Shown: positions 48,750 through 62,760 of the stretch, in pieces | Layout: every line of letters begins with the position of its first letter | Numbering within the stretch: position 1 is the stretch's first letter | Made by a program: the position numbers and the translations under genes | The notes under the pieces: generated by a model | Database searches by the model: none | Seen by the model: the letters and a program-made list of their open reading frames with translations, nothing else | What the model was told of the DNA's origin: nothing | Origin: Tubiluchus corallicola | Lineage: Eukaryota > Animalia > Priapulida | DNA: 64,000 bases | Direction of reading: 5' to 3' | Assembly: GCA_030141605.1 (NCBI GenBank) | Contig: JAQGDQ010000150.1 | Location: forward strand, 294,627-358,626

Positions 48750-50870
48750 TGTAGAATGCATCAAAAATTTCGGTATCTATCCTGACGTGTTGAAAATTGC
48801 AAAAATAATCCCGATTTACAAATCTGATTCCCCCATTAATCCCACTAATTATAGGCCAATATCTCTCTTATCTCCCATATCAAAGATTTTTGAAAAATTA
48901 ATTTACTCTAGGCTAGCTAAATTTCTTTTAAAAGAACAAATTTTAACTAAATTCCAATTTGGATTCAGAAAAAATCATTCTACATCTTTAGCTGTGTCAG
49001 AAATAATTGAAAACTTCCTTGCGAATATTGATAAGGGGAAAACTACTTGTGCTATATTTTTAGATTTATCGAAAGCATTCGACACGGTACAACATGACAT
49101 TTTGTTATATAAGTTATCATACTATGGTATCAGGGGACGTCCTCTTGCGCTTTTCACGTCTTACCTTACTAATAGGAAACAGTTTACGTCTATTGACTCA
49201 TCGGAATCTAAACTTGCTGATATAACCTGTGGTGTCCCACAGGGTTCTACATTGGGTCCATTGTTATTTCTTTTATATATTAACGATCTGCCATCTTGTT
49301 CGCAATTTAACACCAGATTGTTTGCAGACGATACAAACTTATTTTTATCACACCAAAATATCAAAACATTAGAACATTCAGTAAATGTGGAACTGGACAA
49401 TATTAATAAATGGATGCAAGCAAATAAGCTATCGATAAATTATAAAAAAACAAAATATATGTTAATTGGAAACAAGCAACATAACAATAGTTTAAACATA
49501 AATATGGGAGGTTGTACTATTCAATCTACACAAGAAATCAAATATCTTGGTATATTTATAGATAGTAGAATTACTTGGAAAACACATGTTCAGCATATAG
49601 TCAACAAAATTAGCAAATTAAGTGGAGTATTAGCTAGAATACGACACTACATAAATGTAGATGCACTACGGCTCTTATATTCTTCTCTTGTCATGCCATA
49701 TCTGAGTTATGGCATTCTCGCCTGGGGTAGTGCTTCAGCATCGGTCTTAAAATCGTTGGTTTCTAAACAAAACAAGATTATCAAACTTATAACATTTAGT
49801 AGCAAAAGGGAACATGTAACACCTTTGTATTTGCAACTAAATCTACTAAAAGTTCATGATCTGTATAAATTAGAATTGCTCAAGTTTGTACATAAATTCA
49901 AAAATAATTCACTTCCAGATCTCTTCAGCAATTATTATACTTTAGCATGTCACATGCATCACCACTCTACTAGGTTTGCTACAACCCAATCTTATTTTAT
50001 TGAAAGATTTAACTCATCTAAAGGCCAGAATTCTTTAAAATACCAAGGATCTCTGCTGTGGAATTCATTACCAGACCAGTTAAAGTCCAGTAACTACAAA
50101 AAGTTAATTTTAAACTATAAAAAACAACTTATTGCAGGATACAAATAAATGAGACATTTTGCTTATATACTTGTAATACTATACATATTTTTTTCATTGC
50201 TACGACACTTAAAGATTTTGTTTAAGTTTTTGTTATATTTTGATTTCATTTTGCCTGATTTACAGTTGAAGTAGTTTTTCGGTGGTTTAATTTATTATAT
50301 TTTCTTTCTCAACAAATTCAGTCATTGATGTTATTATTACAACATTTCAGTTTTGTTTTTCTTATTTGCTTCTGTTTCTTGTTTTGTTTTGTATGATTTA
50401 TATTTGCCTTATTTTTCCTTGGTTTAATCTATTATATTTTTTCTCGACAGCTTTGGTTGATCATTCTGCTGTTTTTTGTTTTATTTTTTTTGCCGGATTT
50501 TTTAGTTAATGCTCAAATTATGCATATTCTGTTATCTTAAAAATCTCAAGTTATTTTTATTGTGTTTGCTTCGCATGATTCATAGTATTTTAGAATTGTA
50601 AATCTTTCGTTATTTAAACTATATGTTCTACAGTATTACGATACCTATCATTCAATTGCCAAATTAACACACATCAACTGAATACAAATTTAAATTGATA
50701 ACGACGCCATAATTAAGTTTATTTAATCATAACTATTTAAGGGTGGCTGACTTGATAACCTACGGGTTCTTCGCTGCCCTTCTCCTTTGCTTCAAAATAT
50801 TCCATGTATTCTTTATACTGTATTTTTATCGTTCTAACGGAGATAATAAATAATTGAATTGAATTGAATT
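48750..50870 (+). mobile_element. 5'-truncated L2-group (Crack/Daphne-like) LINE with open RT frame to 50148
   Basis: NYRPISLL, QFGFRKNHST, FLDLSKAFDTV, GVPQGSTLGPLLFLLYINDL, FADD; ~700-bp 3'UTR ending AATAAATAA(TTGAA)3. Confidence 0.9.
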
Positions 50871-52029
50871 TCGTATTTGTTAGTTATATTATCACATACA
50901 CTATCTTTTGAATTCACTGTTCTTATAATAAAAAACTCCTATATTGTTTTTTATTTAAAGGGTCAGTGTCCCTGTAACCCTGCATTTTGAGGTGAATAGG
51001 GACAGCCTTATTTTTAGTTATTGTACCCATCTTGCATTGCATGAGGTGAAAAGGGAAAAAGTGTTTTTAAAAAACATGTGTAAAATCAGTATCGTATTGG
51101 TCTACAAGGCTATGTTTTTGCATGTGCAGGTAGCCAAGTAGGGAAACAAGCCAGAATTATGAAACTTGCAGGGCATGTAAGGTACATTACTAGATGGACC
51201 CAGACCTTTATGCATAGCTGCATATAGGCCATTTGACTCGTGAAACAATTTGCCGCTATTACCCAAAAGTCGAAAGAAAGTGAGTCAGCACAGATGTTTT
51301 CCCAGTCTTGAAGAATAGAAGTGGTATATAATATCAAATGAAAGGTCTAAATGAATGGTATAAGTTCAAAGGAAATTGGCCTACATTTGACCCACAGGTC
51401 ACGGGCTGAAAAGTTACAAGTAGCGATTTCACACTTATTAGGTGATCAAGCAATGCAAATTCAATAAAAATCAAAATTATAGTTTTCAAACAAAAGTTGA
51501 TGCCTTTCCAATTACCCTGTAACTATTGTTTGCAAAACCTTCAGTTTCTGACCACATCACAAATATTGTCAACTGGCAGTCAGAAGTACAATTGATAAAC
51601 AAGCAATGTACATGAGCTAGAACAACTCACATTTATTTTTCCTTTACTGGGTACCAACTAACACAATAAAAAACCTAGTTCATGTATATATATATATATA
51701 TATATACAGTTAAGCGATTACAAAATAAAACCCCACATTCAATTCCACAATTCCAAAATAACAAGCTCACAAATTAGAATTAACATTATGGCCCCACTTT
51801 TTAACACACACATTGCAGCAAGCAACCTTTACCGTAACTCTGATTATGCTTTTACAACTGTTAAGAAACTATACTTCTGCCATTTTTACTATAAAACTTT
51901 TGATACACACAGCACATTTTCATCATGATACAGATTACCACATGCACCACTGGACAGTAATGTTATATCGAACTTTCCTCCACATAATTAGGTGCAAACC
52001 GTGTGCAGTAGTTTGCCAATGTGTTGGCA

Positions 52030-53547
52030 TCATTCAGAACAGAAAAACGGACCATCTTTGCTGCTCAAATCCAAGTCATCCAACATTTCAGCTAGAGTAA
52101 CTCTTGTAGATAAATCTTCTGTGACATCATCAGTATCCACAGCAGTTTTTTGTTTGTCAACATAGATATTCACATTTTGTCTGAAAGATGGATCTTCTTC
52201 GAGATCATCAAGAAAATCATGGTAGTCCTTTTCAGCAACAGTAGATACATCACTTCCAGATTCTTTGTGCAGATGCTTTAACTTCCATCTACGTTTCTTA
52301 ATTCGATTTTCCCTATTTCCAAAGATCTTTTTAACTAACACAATATCCGGAACCCTGTCAGGAGGTATTGTCTGTAGATATCTGTCATTCACATTACTGT
52401 GAGTAAAGTCAAATCCAAGAACAGAATCGCCAGCATGAAGCAAATGTCCAAGATGACTCCTACAATGGTACTGACTATCATTTAAACCTAGTTCACTAGC
52501 CTTTGCAACGTAAACATCAGCAAGGAGGTGCTTGCTTGATACAGGGCTCAATGTGTGTTTTCTGTCTTTCTGCGAGATTTGTTCTATTTCCAGTACGATA
52601 AATTCAATTAACTGTTTTGGAGAGCAGACACAGTTAAACTGATTTCGCCAAAATACTGGAGCAGTGACATCTGCAACTTGTAATGTATTGGGATCAATAA
52701 GGCTGATATTACTAGAAACCCTTGAACATACGCATACCTGACCAATATTACCTAGCTGCTTTGCTAATTTTGTTGGCAGAACAACCACACTGTCCTTACA
52801 AATAGGCACAATTTCGACGGAAAACGTGAACTTGTAGTTGTATGTATTGTTATGAATATCATGAGATATTAGTTTTTGCGATGTCTGATATCGGCAAGGA
52901 ACAACGGTAAGCAAGAAATCCACAAGCTTCCTAGCATTATCTTTTGAAGAAAAAAAGAAATCTAATCCATCATGTGCCTGTTTGATGCCCACAGAATCTT
53001 TGTGAGCATTATGTTTGAGAATGAGTTGTTCTAAGTAAAAAAATGTCTTTTTGTGTTCAACTTTTTGTCGAACTTGAACAACTGCTTTCCAATAATCCTT
53101 TGCCTCCACCTTGTGACAATTTGGACACATCTGATTATTCACAGTGAATTCCACCACAAATACTTGCTGAAGCACGGTGCCACCCATCACCTCTTTCTGA
53201 ATAGTAAGCTTAACTTTTATTCGCTTCGAGTGTGGTTCAGTCCAAATAAATGCAGCATCAATTAGCCTTACTTCTTTGTTGAGGCCTTTAAGTTTTTTAA
53301 TGCAAATAGACAATAACTCACGTGATTCTAAAGCAGCTGATATCCAAACTGCAGGTGGCTGAAGGTAACGTTCACAGTTTCTGCAGAAATAGAGAGTAGC
53401 CTGCTTTGGAATCCCTTCTGTAATATCAACACGAGTTCTTAGACAAGCAACACACATGTTAGCTGGGTTTGGCTCAATAGAGGTTCCACACTCACAGCAA
53501 AGTATTGTTGACATGGTTTTCTGGATAGCTGACTCCATTTTTGACAT
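52030..53547 (-). CDS. NMD3: 60S ribosomal export protein NMD3
   Basis: 505-aa ORF with ILCCECGTSIEPNPANMCVACLR, FIWTEPHSKRIKVKL, AVVQVRQK, C-terminal NES-like LAEMLDDLDL. Confidence 0.97.
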   Translation of the reverse strand: MSKMESAIQKTMSTILCCECGTSIEPNPANMCVACLRTRVDITEGIPKQATLYFCRNCERYLQPPAVWISAALESRELLSICIKKLKGLNKEVRLIDAAFIWTEPHSKRIKVKLTIQKEVMGGTVLQQVFVVEFTVNNQMCPNCHKVEAKDYWKAVVQVRQKVEHKKTFFYLEQLILKHNAHKDSVGIKQAHDGLDFFFSSKDNARKLVDFLLTVVPCRYQTSQKLISHDIHNNTYNYKFTFSVEIVPICKDSVVVLPTKLAKQLGNIGQVCVCSRVSSNISLIDPNTLQVADVTAPVFWRNQFNCVCSPKQLIEFIVLEIEQISQKDRKHTLSPVSSKHLLADVYVAKASELGLNDSQYHCRSHLGHLLHAGDSVLGFDFTHSNVNDRYLQTIPPDRVPDIVLVKKIFGNRENRIKKRRWKLKHLHKESGSDVSTVAEKDYHDFLDDLEEDPSFRQNVNIYVDKQKTAVDTDDVTEDLSTRVTLAEMLDDLDLSSKDGPFFCSE

Positions 53548-54887
53548 TATTCAGTTATTGCTATTAGCAGTATTTTAAACTTTTTGGCTCCAATTATTAT
53601 TAATCCAGGTACGTTCACCTTGACAAAACAAAAACACCATTCTATAGTAAATAAGGTACAAGTATAACAGCTCATTTCGACATACTATATTAAATGCACT
53701 ACCATCTACACTAATTTCTAAACAAAAACACAATGTAGCTACTACTATTAATGGTAGTCAGTATGGCAGTTGAAATTATAGCAGCCATAAAAATTACAGT
53801 GCGGGGCTGGTATTCTTATAACAGCCGCAATAATTGTGATTTATCAGTCGAATAGACAGAAGTTGGTTTACTACAAATCTCCAGTCAAAGTGTTAAAAAA
53901 ATTGCAAGTCAAGCTACTAGTGAGGTATTAGTCACGACTCACTTCCGAGTTGACTGACATAACTCGGTGAGTCCGGCTGTTACCGTGGTATGACCATTTT
54001 TCGTACTTATTGTGATCTTTCAGTCTTGTCTTAGCACAGTTAGTATTAGGGCTGAGACGACCTTAGACTTTTTAACTAACCATTTAAACTTTAGTAATTG
54101 TGGTTGGTTAGCCACTTAATAAGTTCCCAATGATGTCATATACATTGCTGTTTTTTCGGTTGCTATGCTGTAAATTCACACCTGCTGCATGGCAGATAAG
54201 TAAATGTATCTGACTGCATCATGAGAAATTAATGTCACAGAGTTTTCACAAGCAAAAATTAATCTCCTAGAGTTTAATGTGAAAAATATTGAAATATTAA
54301 CTACATACATTTTAGTTAAATATATTTGTATTTCGTCTCTTTTCTTTAGCAATTTTATTTTTTTTAAATTAGTTGTTCATTCATTCCTTGCATGAGTAAG
54401 TGATGCGGTTTAAATCCAGCATGCACTAGAGTGAATGTCCAACATAGCAGCATCCTCATAACATACACAAATGAAAACCTTTTTTGCAATTTACTATTTA
54501 GATGCTTATTAGGCAAGCAAGTTAATTGAAATAATGTTGTAAATAGTACAATTTTATGTATGCGGGACATTGCTAACTGCGTATGCCAACTCAGAAAAGA
54601 TACAAGGTTTCATTAATGCAGATACATAGAAAACTTGGCTAAGTAATGGTTAACCATCTCAGCCTTAGTTAGTAAACAGTGTTGGTCAGTCAATATTGAA
54701 AAAAACTGCAGTTACAATGATACTTGCCTGTTAAACTGTTAAATTAGAAAACATGATTATTATTTATATCCTGCTGGCATTTATACTTTATAATTCCTAT
54801 TAAAACTGGGGGTACACAAAAAAACCTAAATGTAGATCTGCACAAATATATCTGCATATTTGCAATTTTTAAACAAGTTATTTGTTA

Positions 54888-55400
54888 CCGTATATACTCG
54901 CATATAAGCCAAATTTAGAACTATAAAATACAATACTGAAATCAGGGGGTCGACTTATATGCGCATGAAACAAAATGAACACAAGGACAGACAGTCAGAC
55001 GATGAGGGTGGTAGTGACAATGATTTTGAAGGTTTCTAATTATTTTTAAGAACACTACGTTAAATTATAAACAGAAATGTTATAATTTTTTGTGAATAAA
55101 GAGAAAACAAAATATTTTCTTCTTTATTCATATCAAAATGTATAATTTCTTCCATTTCTTCTAGTATGTAACATAAAAGTAAGCATTTTACATCTTTATA
55201 GTAAAAAATTTCTATGAACCAAAAATACCCAATTAACAAAATGTGACAAAAATGGATCAATTTTGTTGATTGGGTATGGAGTAAAATTAGACAAGTTGAT
55301 GGTCGGCTTATATACGGGTTTTTGCAAAAACTGGCCATTGTAAAGCAGTTTTAGGGGGTCGGCTTATATGCGATGTAGGCTTATATGCGAGTATATACGG
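54888..55400 (+). mobile_element. pogo/mariner-type MITE
   Basis: TIRs CCGTATATACTCGCATATAAGCC / GGCTTATATGCGAGTATATACGG, TA flanks; internal DDEGGSDNDFEGF* transposase C-terminal relic. Confidence 0.85.
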
Positions 55401-55689
55401 TATATATTAATACAGCTGCTTCCCAAAATTCAAATTAGATATTCCATTTCTTTTTCCACTAAACTTTTTCTCCAGAACAGGTAGAGGGTACCAAATTTGA
55501 TTTAAACAAAGAACCCTTAAATAGGTCTATGTCCATACAGTCAAACAAACTTGTATGCCTTGTAGAAATAACTACCCACTTCTGATTTGCACGACTGTTT
55601 GGTAGAAGCAAAAAAATTTTTTATTGAGTCATTGCTAGTAAGATTGCGACTAACTATGCAAAACGTTTAATCCTCACTGTATTTCCTTG

Positions 55690-56620
55690 GGCATACTCTG
55701 AGAAATCTTCATGAAGACCCGTCAAGAGCAGAATGCCACAGGGAAGTGTATTAGGGCCTATCCTATTCCTTATGTTCATTAATGATCTACAAGACAATTT
55801 AAATTCATCAGTAAAAATGTTTGCTGATGATACAAAAATCTACAGGATATTGAAGTCAAATATTGACTACAATAGACTCCAAAATGATATTAACTTATTA
55901 GACTCATGACCACAAACTTGGCAAATGCCTTTCAAAGTGGAAAAGTGTAAGGTTCTACATCTAGGGAAAGACAGTGTAACTCATGGCCATTAAATGTGCA
56001 ATGATACAAATCAGTCAGTTCCAATAATAGCAGTAAGAAAACAGAAAAACTTCAGTGTTTTTAATTGACCAGTCTCTCACGTTTGATGAATACAATGACA
56101 AAATATCCAAATGAACTAGGAAATGATTATGGATGATAAGGCACTCTTTCACCTATAAGGACACCAATACCATGGCCATTTTATGGAAAACATTCATAAG
56201 ATCAATATTAGAATACGGTGACGTAATTTGGTGTTCATCAAAACTTCAAGCAGCACGTAAGGTAGAATCTGTTCAATGGAAAGTCACCAAGTTAGTACTA
56301 TCAATCAAAAATCTACCACATGTAGAAAGAATGCAGAGATTGAATTTACCATCCCTACGTTTCAGAAGAAAAAGAGCTGACCAACTCATGCTGTATCGTA
56401 CAACAACCTTACAATAATTGATAGCAGAAAATACTTTTCAGTTAATCCACGTTGAGCAGGATACAAAATTACAAAACCCAGATGTAGAAACAACAACAGG
56501 TTCATTTTCATAGTGATAAATGATTGGAATTTCCTCACTCTATCGTTATGCGTTATGGAGCACCACATTAGCAGATCAGTTCAAGAAGAAACTAGACATG
56601 TTAAAGGAAGACCATCCAAT
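55690..56620 (+). mobile_element. Degenerate CR1 LINE fragment
   Basis: PQGSVLGPILFLMFINDL, FADDTK, RSILEYGDVIW, LNLPSLRFRRKRAD. Confidence 0.85.
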
Positions 56621-57329
56621 GAAGTTCCATGATCCGTTTCAGCCTTAGTGGAGTTTTTTAAATCCAACCCTTCTGCAACACCATTTCAGTTTATCATAAA
56701 CCAGCATATCTGGCCCGTGTGCCACACCAGCACTGACCTTGCTTCCTCACAATACCATGACAATTGCAGCTAGGCGGCACTTCCACTTCAGAGACAACTT
56801 TCGAGAGATAATATAAATGTAAAACACAAGAAAGAAAACGAGTGACAAAACAATTAACAGAAGTTTAGCAAGAGAGACAACTATGGGCAATAAGTTTACT
56901 TATACTCTTTTATAGGGTTCGCCTATGATAATCTACAGTAAAATGGTAATTACGCTGAGCTTCGCTGCATAGCTAAGATTGCATACATAATTTGGTGTAG
57001 GTTAACAGAATGGGGAAGGGCTACAGCTGCCAACAGCATCAAAGTTTTGTTGGGCTAAGTGGGGTCACAAAACAGCTGTAACTTATAATCATAAGAACAC
57101 CCACCACGAAAGTTAAAATGACACACCGATCTCCGTTACTGTTACCGTCGAAGGATAGAGGTTAAGCATAAATAGTTTATGGACCTCTTCACTCTTCCTT
57201 GTTTACTTCATTAACATAAAAATGAACAAGATAGGTGGCCACGCTGTGATCATGAAGTGTAGCACAAGGTTTCCTGTTGCCATTGTGGCAACCTGGGGTC
57301 TATATATTTATCAGGATTGCATTTCCAGT

Positions 57330-57900
57330 GTCTATCAAGAAGAAACTTAAACTGGGCAGGATTGGAGGCTTGAACTAGTGTCAGGCAGCATGTTCCACTC
57401 ATTAATTACTCGCCTTGCAAATGTGAACCTCCTTCTACTCTACCTTTGGAGAACAGTTCACTTCTTGATTTGGTAGGAGTGACTTCTGGTGCCATGTATG
57501 TCTGTCGATGGAAAAATATTTCACTGTTGCTGGTTTCTATACCTTTAAGGATACGAAATGTTTGAATTAAATGTTATCTTTTGCGTCTATACTTCAGAGT
57601 TGTAAGGCCCAGACTCTTAAATCTTGCAGCATATGGTAAATGAGAAACATCAGGCACGAGTCTAGTACTAGTAGTAGTAGTACTAGTAGCTCGATGTTGT
57701 ATACTTTCAAATTTCCTTATCATGTCTTGACGACTTGGGCGCCAAATAACATCACCATAATCCAATATAGGGCGAACCATTGATTTATATAGCTTGGTCA
57801 TCATAGATCCATCAAGGTAAGAGAAACGTTTGATTAAGGTCTTCCATGTGCTTTATTAATAACGTTGTTTATTTGTGTTTGAAAATTAAGCATACTGTCG
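57330..57900 (-). mobile_element. CR1 LINE 3' fragment
   Basis: LYKSMVRPILDYGDVIW...LGLTTLKYRRKR. Confidence 0.8.
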
Positions 57901-58944
57901 ATCTCACCAAACCACACTTATTTTCTCAAGCCACTCATAGAGAAATATAAGTGGTGACGGTCTTCAACTTACTTGCAACCTTGCAGTACACGAGATGTCA
58001 AGGTCATTATACTAACGACAAAGTTATATTACTACGTATTCCTATGAAGTATGGTCGTACAAGAGCACGCGAGGATTTTGTGTAAGAAGAACGCACCTAC
58101 TAAACTTTTAAAATTAAGTTCGAACCACAGATCTTGACTCTACAGTACCAATAAATGTGCTTCAAGATCCATGGTCGAGTCGCTACGCTACACACATTAG
58201 ATGTCTCCCGGACGCATCTAAACGTATGTGCTACGCTATTAACATAAATAACAAATAATATCAGGTAATAAAATCATTACGGATTACATAGACTTAGTAA
58301 TGTAAATATCTGTAGTAATTACATTCTCTGACTAATACTGACCATTCCTTGAGTCACGTTTGTTTTCTACTTCCCTAAAAAAAGGAGAAAGGCAGGAAGG
58401 CTAAAATAATACTGGTGAATCATAAGTCAGCTTGTGAGGCTATATATATATAGGTAACGTTATGCAGTTTTGCAAACCAGAATTTCTCGAAATGAAACCA
58501 GGAACTATGGCTCATAGTTATTTGTTCTAGGGGAGCAAATAAAAAAAAATTGTCATTCTGTCTTGTAGATTTGTCCTCCCTTTTCCAGAGAGCCATGTTA
58601 CTACCTCTGAGACGTCCACAAAGAGCTTTACAAAATTTTTTGTATGTGGTGTTTGGTCGAGTCTTTTGAAAAAAAGGAACAAGCTTAAAAGCGCCCATTT
58701 TGGTAGTTGTCACACTTCCCCCATCCAGGAATCTGCTTCAAAATGCTTTTTTGCATCACCTACCCACCTTATTCACAAAGTTTCTTGTTAAATAGACTTG
58801 TTTCTCAGAATAGTTTTTTGCCAGAATTTTTTCCCGGCAAAAAACTTCATAGAAAACATTTTTGCCAGTAAAATTAATTTCAAAGAAAAATATGTCCCAG
58901 AATTTTTTTTAACTGACCAGCCATTACTAAGAAGATAACTTTAA

Positions 58945-59847
58945 AAATGAACTGGGATTCTCTCCTTTTATAAAAGAACCTGTAAAAATCTTGTGAAGGA
59001 GCATAATTTAGACTCTAACATAAGGCTTGGTGTTTTCATGTTCTAGAGTGTTTGTTAAACTTTATTTCCAATCTTTTGAAAATTAATTAAATTTAAGGTG
59101 ATTATAATGGCTAAAATGGCTTTAACGCTAACATGAATTGCAATGCACGGGGAAAATATCAACAAGAGTTGATTATTAACAAGCACCCTAAAAGTACAGT
59201 ACATTTTCACTGTCTGCTGTAGTGTACATAGCATCATTTTCAATGATTCCGATACTCCCTAGTTAAAGCAAACCAGGATGATTTTTCACATCATTTTGAA
59301 TTTTGAAATTTGAAATACGGTAAAAGTATATATTTTAACACATATGATAATGCCAAAGCATTTCTGATGATTAAACAATAGCTTCAAAATTTAATTAATG
59401 GCCAGGGAGCCCAGCTATAGTAAGGACGTCAAAACGAACACAATTTTCAACAGCACAAACATTCCATAAGTGTTTGAAAAAAAGAAAATTGAAGTACAGT
59501 CCTGCGGTACAACATTCAGTGTAATATACAAAAACTCGAGAAATTTTAAGACAAAAACTGAAATTTTAAATTTACCACTGTTCTTACGCATGAGCTTTCG
59601 AACGTGAGTATTACGTCATAAAAGAGGAGCAGCTCTGAACTAAGAGGTACTGTTTTTCATGCAACACGCTTCCAAAATGCAGGTGCTAGTGTAGCAGCGC
59701 AAAACTAGCCGCGGGAACACGAAATTGCTTTTGTGTGGTAATAATGCTTTCACTTAAGCCATTCTTTAAAAAATAATATGCTTCTTTTCACTATTTTAAA
59801 GAGGTAATTATCTTGACCTACAGTTTAGGATTAGGTCTGGTTTTCCT
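58945..59847 (+). mobile_element. Non-autonomous Kolobok-like element, copy 2
   Basis: TTAA at 58941 and 59848; internal similarity to 2150-2786. Confidence 0.55.
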
Positions 59848-61763
59848 TTAAATAATTAGGAGGAGAAAGGGAGAGGGGTATTGAGAAAGAGAGAAAGAGA
59901 GAGAGAGAGGGGGGGAAGGAGGGAGGGAAGGGGAACAGGGATAGAGCTGGGTAACAGATAAGAGGGAAAAATGGAGAGAAGAAGAGACGTAAAGGTGAGC
60001 GGGGGTAAGGAGGAAAAGTAAGTAGAGAGGGAGAGGCAAACAGAAAAGGAAACGGAAGGCTGTACTCTACTAAAATACATGTAGCAGTCTTGCAACTAAA
60101 AGCACAACCGCAGTTTTTCTGTTAAAAATATTTCTAAGAAATACTTTTTCTGTGAAACGAGTTTTCTAGGAAAAATACTTCCCAGGAAAATTTTTCTGGG
60201 AAGTTGTTTTTCAGGGAACTGTTTTTTCTGTGGGGAAACACTTTTTCTGGGAAACGGCCCTAAACCATTATAGCTTTCTGTTGTATAAAAGACAAGAAAC
60301 AACCAAACAAACAAGTAAACAGTATTAGAGCATAATTTCTCTGTCAGAGGAAAAAGTAATTTTATCATTAACCCCATGGTAAATCCAATTCTTTAAGTGT
60401 AGCATGCATTTTTCCAATTTTTTGCATTTGTGACCTTTTTCTTGTGCCGTTTTTGCCATGACATTATTTCCATTAATCGAGAAATTGAGAGTATTTCAAA
60501 AATAATAATTATTATTAACCATTAGTTTAATTAATAATGTCTGATATTCTGATGCTCTAGAAGTAAATGATGTTAATGCATTCATAATAACGGTCAATGG
60601 TAACTTAAACAGCATTACGGATTTTGATTCAATGATAACAACCTGTCACTTTATCGCTATCAGCAATGCCATTACCGTTGATGGGCAAAACGTCTAGTGC
60701 TATTTTTGCATGTATTCCAAAAACAGTGGCACGCGCTATACACATGTTGCGCAGCCCGCAGGATTACTTGCAGCCATTGAGGCGAAACAAATTTTTCTGG
60801 ATTAGCACTGCCATTATTGATCTAACTGCAAGAAGGATTAGACTAGCTAGAGGCTTAAATTGTATTATGATTAGAATAATTTGTTCCATTTATCAAAAAT
60901 ATAATATTAATCCATTTTCCACTCCACCAATTGAAGGCTAGCTAGTTTCTTCTTGTATGCTGTGCTTGTATGCATGTCCTTTAGTGCCATGTGTTACATG
61001 AAAACATAATTGGCACCAGCGTGACAAAAGCCTTTTAGGACGCGAAGATTTGGATCATGTCTTCCTTCTTGCACCTATATTAAAGTAATCAGTCCCAGCC
61101 GCAGCCGTTTTCGTACAGTAAGATACACATGATAATTTGGAAAGTGCTGGTACAATTAAGGCTAGTAGCTCGGCATCCAATAGATTGAGACAAAGTCTTC
61201 TTTATCAAAAACGTACGTATCTCACTGAATTCCAGACTATACATTGCTGCAGCTAACCAAGCATAACAATTGACTTGTAATTTTGTCGCGATGGAGGCAC
61301 GGATCCAACTAGGTAAGAGTAATTACGCTTCATTAGTGCATTGTGATTTCTGGGATATCGCTTGTCCATACAAATTTCAAACACTTCAGTGTGATCATTG
61401 ATTGCTTACATATAAGGGCTGCATAGTGCACACTCTACTTATGGAGTTATGGTACATGTGCAAGTTCTAGCCTCAACATCAAAATGCGGAAATAATTAGG
61501 TGTAGCAAGCTTCAGTCCAAGATAGCTTAGTTAGACAATATTTGCAGATTAAAAAATCTGGAATGTAGTGAAAAATGCAGTTTTAAAAATTAACTATGTA
61601 CTCTGTTGTGTAATTAATATTAATTTTTAGAATGACATAGTTTGTACAACCATTGTCAAACTTCGTTCATCTAGCAACATCAGCCAACATGAATAAAAAA
61701 ATTAGTACTATATTAATAGAATTATTATTATTGTTATTATTTACTAGTCATTAGTAAATAGTC

Positions 61764-61765
<2 letters not shown>

Positions 61766-61819
<54 letters not shown>

Positions 61820-61857
61820 TATTATTATTATTATTATTATTATTAATATTATTATTA
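61766..61857. repeat. (AAT)n directly followed by (ATT)n
   Basis: Direct reading; forms an inverted repeat. Confidence 0.9.
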
Positions 61858-61935
61858 GTTACTGATGTATACTTGCTGGTACTTACAGTTAATTAGTTAC
61901 TAAAGACCACCAACTGCGTCTAAATGGCAATGTAA

Positions 61936-62400
61936 TTAGTGGCAGACCGAGATTCGTAACTGGGACAGTAATCTTGGGTAAGCTTGTGTTGTACCCCCAA
62001 TCTTCCTCAAGAACTCCTCCAAGTGATTCTTGAAAACATTTACATTGGGCGAGGTCATTGCTTTCTCTAATAACCAGTTCCAGGTGTTAATAATTTTTTC
62101 ACTGAAACTGCATTTTCTAAGACCAAGTCTAGACCTTCTTTTCACAAATTTTTTTGGAGTTAGCCCTCATTTTGCTATCATCACTAACAGCAAAAAAGTC
62201 ATTACATTGCTGACCATTACGTACATTACAATCCATTCATAATTCTAAAAGCTTCAATCAATTCTGCTCTCTGTCGATGGTGTTCGAGGGGCTAGGTTCA
62301 TTAATCTGTATCTGTTGATTTTATGTTCATAATTATGTTAAAAACTAAGACACTCAGTCAAGTCTTTAGATCTCTTTTGTACACCTTCCAGCAATCTAAT
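61936..62400 (-). mobile_element. CR1 LINE 3' fragment
   Basis: RSRLGLRKCSFSEKIINTWN..VNVFKNHL C-terminal motif. Confidence 0.65.
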
Positions 62401-62469
62401 TATCTTTTATTTATGGCTTCGCTCTCAGTGCTTGCTATGCAGTAATGTGAGTGCGTTAGTTAATTACGA

Positions 62470-62760
62470 AATTGAATTAAGAAGATACCATAGAGATCTT
62501 ATTGAGATTTATAAAATACCAAACAAGAAAAGAAAATATTTTGCCTAAAAATTTTAAATAATTTTAAATAATTTAGTTTTCATTCTAAAACTAGAGGACA
62601 TACAGTAGTTTAAAACTGTTTAAAGAATTTATCATGTCTTGACATCCGTAAATATTCATTTACTGCGAGAGTAATTAATGAATGGAATAATCTGCCTGCC
62701 ACGGTGATTGCCGCACCAAACATAGTAAAGTTCAAATCTTTAATCGACAATTTTAATGTG
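62470..62760 (+). mobile_element. CR1 LINE 3' fragment
   Basis: RDLIEIYKI, TRGH, DIRKYSFTARVINEWNNLP. Confidence 0.65.
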
